A DNA stretch of 64,000 nucleotides, taken from Squalus acanthias (Eukaryota). Below are positions 58,524 through 64,000 of the stretch, in pieces (within the stretch, counting starts at the first letter, position 1; every line of letters starts with the position of its first letter). Position numbers and translations under genes: made by a program. The DNA is taken from positions 151,156,001 through 151,220,000 of the forward strand of contig CM059431.1 of assembly GCA_030390025.1 (NCBI GenBank), given 5' to 3'. The notes beneath the pieces are model-generated. The model ran no database searches, was not told the origin of the DNA, and worked only from the letters and a program-made list of their open reading frames with translations.

Positions 58524-60117
58524 CTAGAGTCATCGATTCATAACGGGACAGAACGAGGCCATTCGGTCCATCGAGTCCGTGCCGGCTTTCTGTAGACCAA
58601 TCCAGTCAGTCCCATTCCCCCGCTCTTTCCCCGTAGCCCTACAAGTGTATTTCCCTCAAGTGCCTATTCAGTCTCCCCTTGAAAATATTGAGTGTCTCCG
58701 CTTCCACCAGTTCCGTCGGCCGCGAATTCCAGTTCATCACCACTCGCTGCTTAAACAAAAAGTACTCAGATCCCCTATAACTCTTTGCCAAAATCTTCAA
58801 TCTGTGTCCTCTAATCTTTGTACCAACAACTACTGGGAAAAGCCTTTCCCGGCGAGCTTATCCAAACCCGGCATAATCTTGTACACCTCTATCAAATCAC
58901 CCCTCAACGTCCTTTCATCTAATGAAAACAAATCCAACTTCTCAAACATCTCCTTGTAGCTTAGATCCCCCATCCCCTGAACATTTCTGGTAAATCTCCT
59001 CTGCCCCCTCTCAAGGGCGTTGACATCCTTCCTAAAGTGTGCTGACCAGAACTGGGTGCAATACTCCAGTTGTGGCCTAACCAGCGCTTTATAAAGATTC
59101 ATCATAACTTCTACTTTTGTACTCAATACCTCTATTTATGAGCCCCAAGATCCCATTTGCTTTTCTAACCACTCTCTCAATATGGCCTGCCACCTTCAGG
59201 ATCTATGCACTTTAACTCCCAGGTCCCTCTGTCCCTGCACACTCTTTAGAACTGTGCCATTCAGTGTATATTGCCTCTCCATGTTCCTTCTGCCGAAATG
59301 CATCACCTCACACTTCTCTGTATCAAATTCCATCTGCCACTTGTCTGCCCATTCTGCTAGCCTTTCTATGTCCTGTTGTAGTCGATTGGTATCATCATCA
59401 CTGTTTGCCACACCCCCAAGTTTGATGTCAGCTGCAAACGTAGAAATTCTACTTTGTATTCCAATATCCAGGTCATTTACAGATATCAAATAAAGCAGCG
59501 GCCCAAGCCCTGGCCCTCGGGGAACACCACTGTCTACAATCCTCCAGTCTTAAAAGCAGCCATTTACAACAACTCACTGTATTCTGTCCTTAAGCCAATT
59601 CCTTATACAAGCTGCTACTGACCCAGCTATTCCATCAACCTCAATTGTGTTAACCATCCTTCGAGTGGTACTTTGTCAAACGCCTTCCGAAAATCCATGC
59701 GGACAACATCAATTGCATCCCCTTCATCAATCCTTCCTGTTACTTTATCAAAAAATGCAATTGGATTAGTCAAACATCATCTGACTTTTACAAATTCGTG
59801 TTGGCTCTCCTTAATTAGATTAAACCTTTCCAAGTGCCCGTTAATTTTTTCCTTGATTATTGTTTCTAAATCTTCACCCACCACTGATGTTAAACTTACC
59901 GGCCTGTAGTTACTAGAATTGTCCTTAGACCCTTTAGTGAACAATGGTGTCACATTTGTCATGTTCCAATCCTCAGGCACACCAACCGCATCTAGGGAAG
60001 ATTGGAAAATGATGGCAATCCCTTCCGCTATCTCCTCCCCCAATTCCCTTAGCAATCTGGGATGCAAGCGATCTGGACTAGGCGATATAGCCACTCTAAG
60101 CATAACCAGACTTTGTA
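58524..60117 (-). mobile_element. 5'-truncated CR1 (RT to tail)
   Basis: Minus ORFs: SPSPDRLHPRLL, NYRPVSLTS, WQMEFDTEKC, YKALVRPQLEYC, RTLRGDLIEVYK. The tail is at 58524. Confidence 0.93.
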
Positions 60118-61840
60118 TTACTGCAACCATCTTCAGGCAGAAATGCCGAGTGGATGATCCATATCGGCTTACTCCTGAGGCCCCCACCATCACAGAAGCC
60201 AGTCTTCAGCCAATTCGAATCACTACACGTGATATCAAGAAAAGGCTGAGCGCACGGGATACAGCAATGGTTATGGGCCCCGACAACATCCCGGCTATCG
60301 TGCTGAAGACTTGTCCTCCAGAACTAGCCGCGCCTATGGCTAAGCAGTTCCAGTACAGCTACAACACTGGCATCTATTCGACAACGGGGAAAACTGCCCA
60401 GGTATGTCCTGCCCACAAAAAGCACGAGAAATCGAATCCAGCCAATAACCGCCCCATCAGTTCACTCTCAATCATCAGCAAAGTGAAGGAAGGTGTCATC
60501 GACAGTGCTATCAAGCGGCACTTACTCACCAATAATTGCTCACTGCTGCCCAGTTTGGGTTTCGCCAAGATCACTCGTCTCGCGACCTCATTACAGCCTT
60601 GGTCCAAATATGGACAAAGGAGCTGAATTCCAGAGGTGAGGTGAGAGTGACTGCCCTTGACATCAAGGCAGCATTTGACCGAGTGAGTCCTCAAGGAGTG
60701 CTAGTGAAGCTGAATGCACTGGGAATCGGGGGGGGGGGGGCTGGGGTGGTGGGTCTCTCCACTGGCTGGATTCATACCTAGCACAAAAGGAAGATGGTTG
60801 TGCTGGTTGAAGGTCAAGCATCACAATCCCAGCATATCGTTGCAGGAGTTCCTCAGGGCAGTGTCCTAAGCCCAAACATCTTCAGCTGCTTCATCAATGA
60901 CCTTCCCTCCAACATAAAGTCAGAAATGGGGCTGTTCTCTGATGACTGCACAGTGTTCAGTGCAATTCACAACTCCTCAGATAATAAAGCAGTCCATGAC
61001 CGCATGCAACAAGACCTGCACGACGTTCAGGCTTGGGCTGATAAGTGGCACGTAACATTCGCGCCACAGAAGTGCCAGGCAATGATTATCTCCAACAAGC
61101 GAGAGTCTAACCACTCCCCTTGAAATTCAACGGCATTTCCATCGCCGAATTCCCCAGCGTCAACATCCTGGGAGTCACCATTGCTCAGAAACTTAACTGC
61201 ACCAGCCACATAAATACTGTGGCCACAAGAGCAGGTCAGAGGCTAGTATTCTGCGGCGAGTGTCTCACCTCCTGACGCCACAAAGCCTTTCCACCATCTA
61301 CAAGGCACAAGTCAGGAGTGTGATGGAATACTCCCCACTTGCCTGGATGAGTGCAGCTCCAACAACACTCAAGAAGCTCGACACAATCCATGACAAAGCA
61401 GCCCGCTTGATTGGCACCCCATCCACCACCTCAAACATTCGCTCGCTCCACCACCGGCGCACCGTGGCAGCAGTGTGTACCATCTACAAGATGCACTGCA
61501 GCAACTTGCCAAGGCTTCTTCGGCAGCACCTCCCAAACACGCGACCTCGTCCACCTTGAAGAAAAAGGGCTACAGGCGCATGGGAACACCATTACCTCTA
61601 AATTCCACTCCAAGTCCCACACCATCCTTACTTAGAAGTATATCACCGATTCTTCATCGTCGCTGGGTCAAATTCCTCGAACCCCCTCCCTTACAGCACA
61701 GTGGGAGTACCTTCACATAACAGACTGCTGCGGATCAAGAAGGCGGCTCACCACCACCTTTTCAAGTGTAATTAGTGATGGGCAATAAATGCTGGCCATG
61801 CCAGTAACGCTCACATCCCATAAAAACTAATTTTAAAAAA
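60118..61840 (+). mobile_element. 5'-truncated non-LTR retrotransposon of a different family (RT to A-rich tail); clade uncertain
   Basis: GPDNIP, NNRPISSLS, QFGFRQDHS, LDIKAAFDRV, GVPQGSVLSP, FSDD, YKAQVRSVMEYSPLAW, SLHHRR. It ends GGGCAATAAATGCTGGCC...CACATCCC plus an A-rich run. Confidence 0.9.
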
Positions 61841-63604
61841 GAGGAGTGCTGGGGCCGATCATGGACCAAAAAAGGGACCTATGCATAGAGGCAATAGTTA
61901 TGGCTCAGGTACTAAATTAATATTTTCCATCTGCCTTCACCAACGATGAGGATGCTGCCATAGACCTAGAGAAGGGGGAGGTGGAAAAACTCTATTGTAT
62001 CAACATTGATAAAGAAGGGGTATTAGAAAGGCTGGCTGTACTTAAAGTAGATAAATTAACTGCAGCGTATGGGATTGATCCTAGGATGCAAAGGGAATTG
62101 CGGGCGGAAATCTTGGAGGTACTGGCCCTAATATTCCAATCCTCAATGGATACAAGGGTGTTGCCAAGAGGACTGGAAAACCGCAAAAGTTACACTGTTG
62201 TTCAAAAAAGGGTGCAAAGATAATCCCAGCAACTACAAGTCAGTCAGTTTAAACTTGGTGGTGGGAATCTTTCAGAAACAGTAATCAGGGACAAAATTAA
62301 ATGTCACTTGGATAGGTATGGATTAATTAAGGAAAGCCAGCACGGATTTGTTAAAGGCAAAAAATGTTTAACAAACTTGATCGAGATTTTTGATGAGGTA
62401 ACAGAGAGGATGGTTGCCGGTAATGCGGTTGACGCAGTGTAAATAGATTTCCAAAAGTACTTCGACAAAGTGTCACATAATAGGTTTGACAGCAAAGTTG
62501 AAGACCATGGAATAAAAGGTACAGTGGCAGCATGGATACGAATTGCTTAAGTGACAGGAAACAGAGAGTGGTTGTGAACGGCTGTTTTTCGGACTGGAAG
62601 AACGTATACAGTTGTGTTCCCCAGGGGTCGATGCAAAGACCACTGCTTTACTGGATATGTATTAATGACTTGGACGTGGGTGTACAGGGCACAATTTCAA
62701 AATTTGCAGATGAAACAAAACTTGGAAGTACAGTGAACAGTGAGGAGGAGATTGACAGACTTCAGGAAGATATAAAAAGGGTGATGAAATGGGTTGACCG
62801 GTGGCAGATGAAATTTAACGCAGAAAAGAGTGAAGTGATACATTTTGGTAGAAAGTAAGAGGAGACGACGTATAAACTAAACGGTCAAATCCTAACAGTG
62901 GTGCACGCACACAGAGACCTGGGGTATATGTGTACACATCGTTGAAGGTGGCAGGGCAGATTGAGAATGCAGTGTAAAAGGCTTACGGGATCCTGGGCTT
63001 CATAACTAGATGTATAGAGTACAAAAGTTTGGAAATTATGATGAGCCCTGGTTCGGCCACAACTGGAGTACTGTGTCCAATTCTGGGCACCATACTTTAG
63101 GAAGGATGTGAAGGCCTTAGAGACGGTACAGAAAATACGTGCAAGAATGTTTCCAGGAATGAGGGACTTCAGTTACGTTGATAGACTGGAGAAGCTGGGG
63201 TTGTTCTCCATGTAGCAGAGAAGATTGAGAGGAGATTTGATAGAGGTGTTCAAAATCATGAGGGGTCTGGACAGAGTAGATAGAGAGAACCTGTTCCCAT
63301 TGGCGGAAGAGTGGAGGACCAGAGTACAACGGTTTAAGGTGATTGGCAAAATAACCAAAATGCGACGTAAGATAAACATTTTTTATGCAGCGAGTGATTA
63401 AGATCTGGAATGCACTGCCTAGAAGTGCGTTGGAGGCAGACTCAATCTTATCTTTGAAAACGATGTTGGATAAGTAACTGTAAAAAGGCAGGGCTGCAGG
63501 GAAAGGGCAGGAGAGTGGGACTAGCTGAGAGTAGTCACGGGTTCGACGGGCCGAATGGCCATCTTCAGTGCTGCAACCATTCTATGACTCCATTCTTTGA
63601 TTCT
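61841..63604 (+). mobile_element. 5'-truncated CR1 (pre-RT to tail)
   Basis: LERLAVLKVDK, LSDRKQRVVVNG, VPQGS, FADETK, WQMKFNAEK. The 3' UTR is GGGCCGAATGGCC...ATTCTATGA...TTCT. Confidence 0.93.
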
Positions 63605-63647
63605 AACCTGTCCTGCCACCTTCAAAGATTTGTGTTCATAACCGCCC
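63605..63647 (-). mobile_element. Remainder of the CR1 broken at 58523
   Basis: AACCTGTCCTGCCACCTTCAAAGATTTGTG repeats the 13 bp at 58511-58523 and continues the same antisense CR1 sequence. Confidence 0.75.
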
Positions 63648-63961
63648 GGCGGTGAGATTAAGGAGAAGGGAGTCAGATTGGGAGCAAGGAATGAGATTGA
63701 GGAGTAGGGATCAGATTGAGTTGGGATCAGATTGAAGAAGAATGTTCAGATTCAGGAGTAAGGGTAATTTCAGTTCGGAGCAGACTCGAGGCAGGTTGAT
63801 GGCTCTTATTGTGATTGAGATGGAATGTGCTGAAAAAAGATGTCGAGCTGAAGCAATGGGATGACGGTGCGCGTGTTCAGGAAGCGGCTCCAGGCAGTAA
63901 GTGAAGAGAATGCAATTCCTCCCAAAGCCACTCAGTGTCGCTGCTTCGTTGGTACTTCAAA

Positions 63962-64000
63962 GCCCGGCTAGCATAGTCGACAGAGTGTCAGACTTTTAAT
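63962..64000 (+). pseudogene. tRNA-Lys(UUU) gene/pseudogene, copy 3 (cut by the window end)
   Basis: GCCCGGCTAGCATAGTCGACAGAGTGTCAGACTTTTAAT with a mutated D-arm/A box, and the same upstream flank as copies 1 and 2. Confidence 0.85.

Larger units (their letters stand above)
53243..64000 (+). repeat. Degenerate tandem array of tRNA-Lys units with shared flanks
   Basis: The upstream flank (TGAGAT.GAATGTG.TGA...TGTCGAGCTGAA.CAATG...CAGTGTCGCTG) occurs at ~53243-53396, ~56835-57123 and ~63648-63961. The downstream flank (TTTAAAGCACCGA...AATTGCTCGTGTTTTATGG) is shared by copies 1 and 2. Confidence 0.92.

Noticed and set aside
59919-60626. 235-aa ORF as a host gene
   Set aside because: It reads from antisense CR1 into the RT of the adjacent LINE; a junction artefact.
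53397-64000. Functional tRNA-Lys genes or tRNA-derived SINE heads
   Set aside because: Stem mismatches and damaged A/B boxes argue against function. Shared upstream flanks and no tail or TSD argue against SINEs. Copy 3 is incomplete in the window.

Overview
Eukaryotic (vertebrate) repetitive DNA, almost certainly from a cartilaginous fish, because it carries SacSINE1/DeuSINE-type SINEs and shark-type CR1 LINEs. No intact host protein gene was found. Bases 1-~39,830 are one strongly strand-asymmetric satellite built from a 14-16 bp monomer (TTTTCCCCTGGG[TC/AC]...). It has two different ~3-3.5 kb higher-order repeat domains and a single young CR1 insertion; the hundreds of ORFs called there are compositional artefacts. 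Bases ~39,840-64,000 are a nest of retroelements. A full-length CR1 (esterase ORF1; APE-RT ORF2, itself hit by a 225-bp solo LTR) sits inside an older antisense CR1. That older CR1 is also cut by a ~7.2 kb decayed retrovirus-like provirus. Further right are nested DeuSINEs, a 5-kb tail-out composite LINE insertion flanked by one 13-bp duplication, and a degenerate tandem array of tRNA-Lys(UUU) units. The most interesting element is the provirus: LTR, duplicated tRNA-Arg PBS, retroviral-type capsid with MHR and CCHC, gag in frame with pol, a catalytically dead Ty3-type RNase H (tether) followed by a second RNase H, a Gypsy-like integrase, and a signal-peptide ORF behind a splice acceptor. This is a basal (lokiretrovirus- or spuma-related) endogenous retrovirus architecture. 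All family assignments are from motif recall, not database searches.
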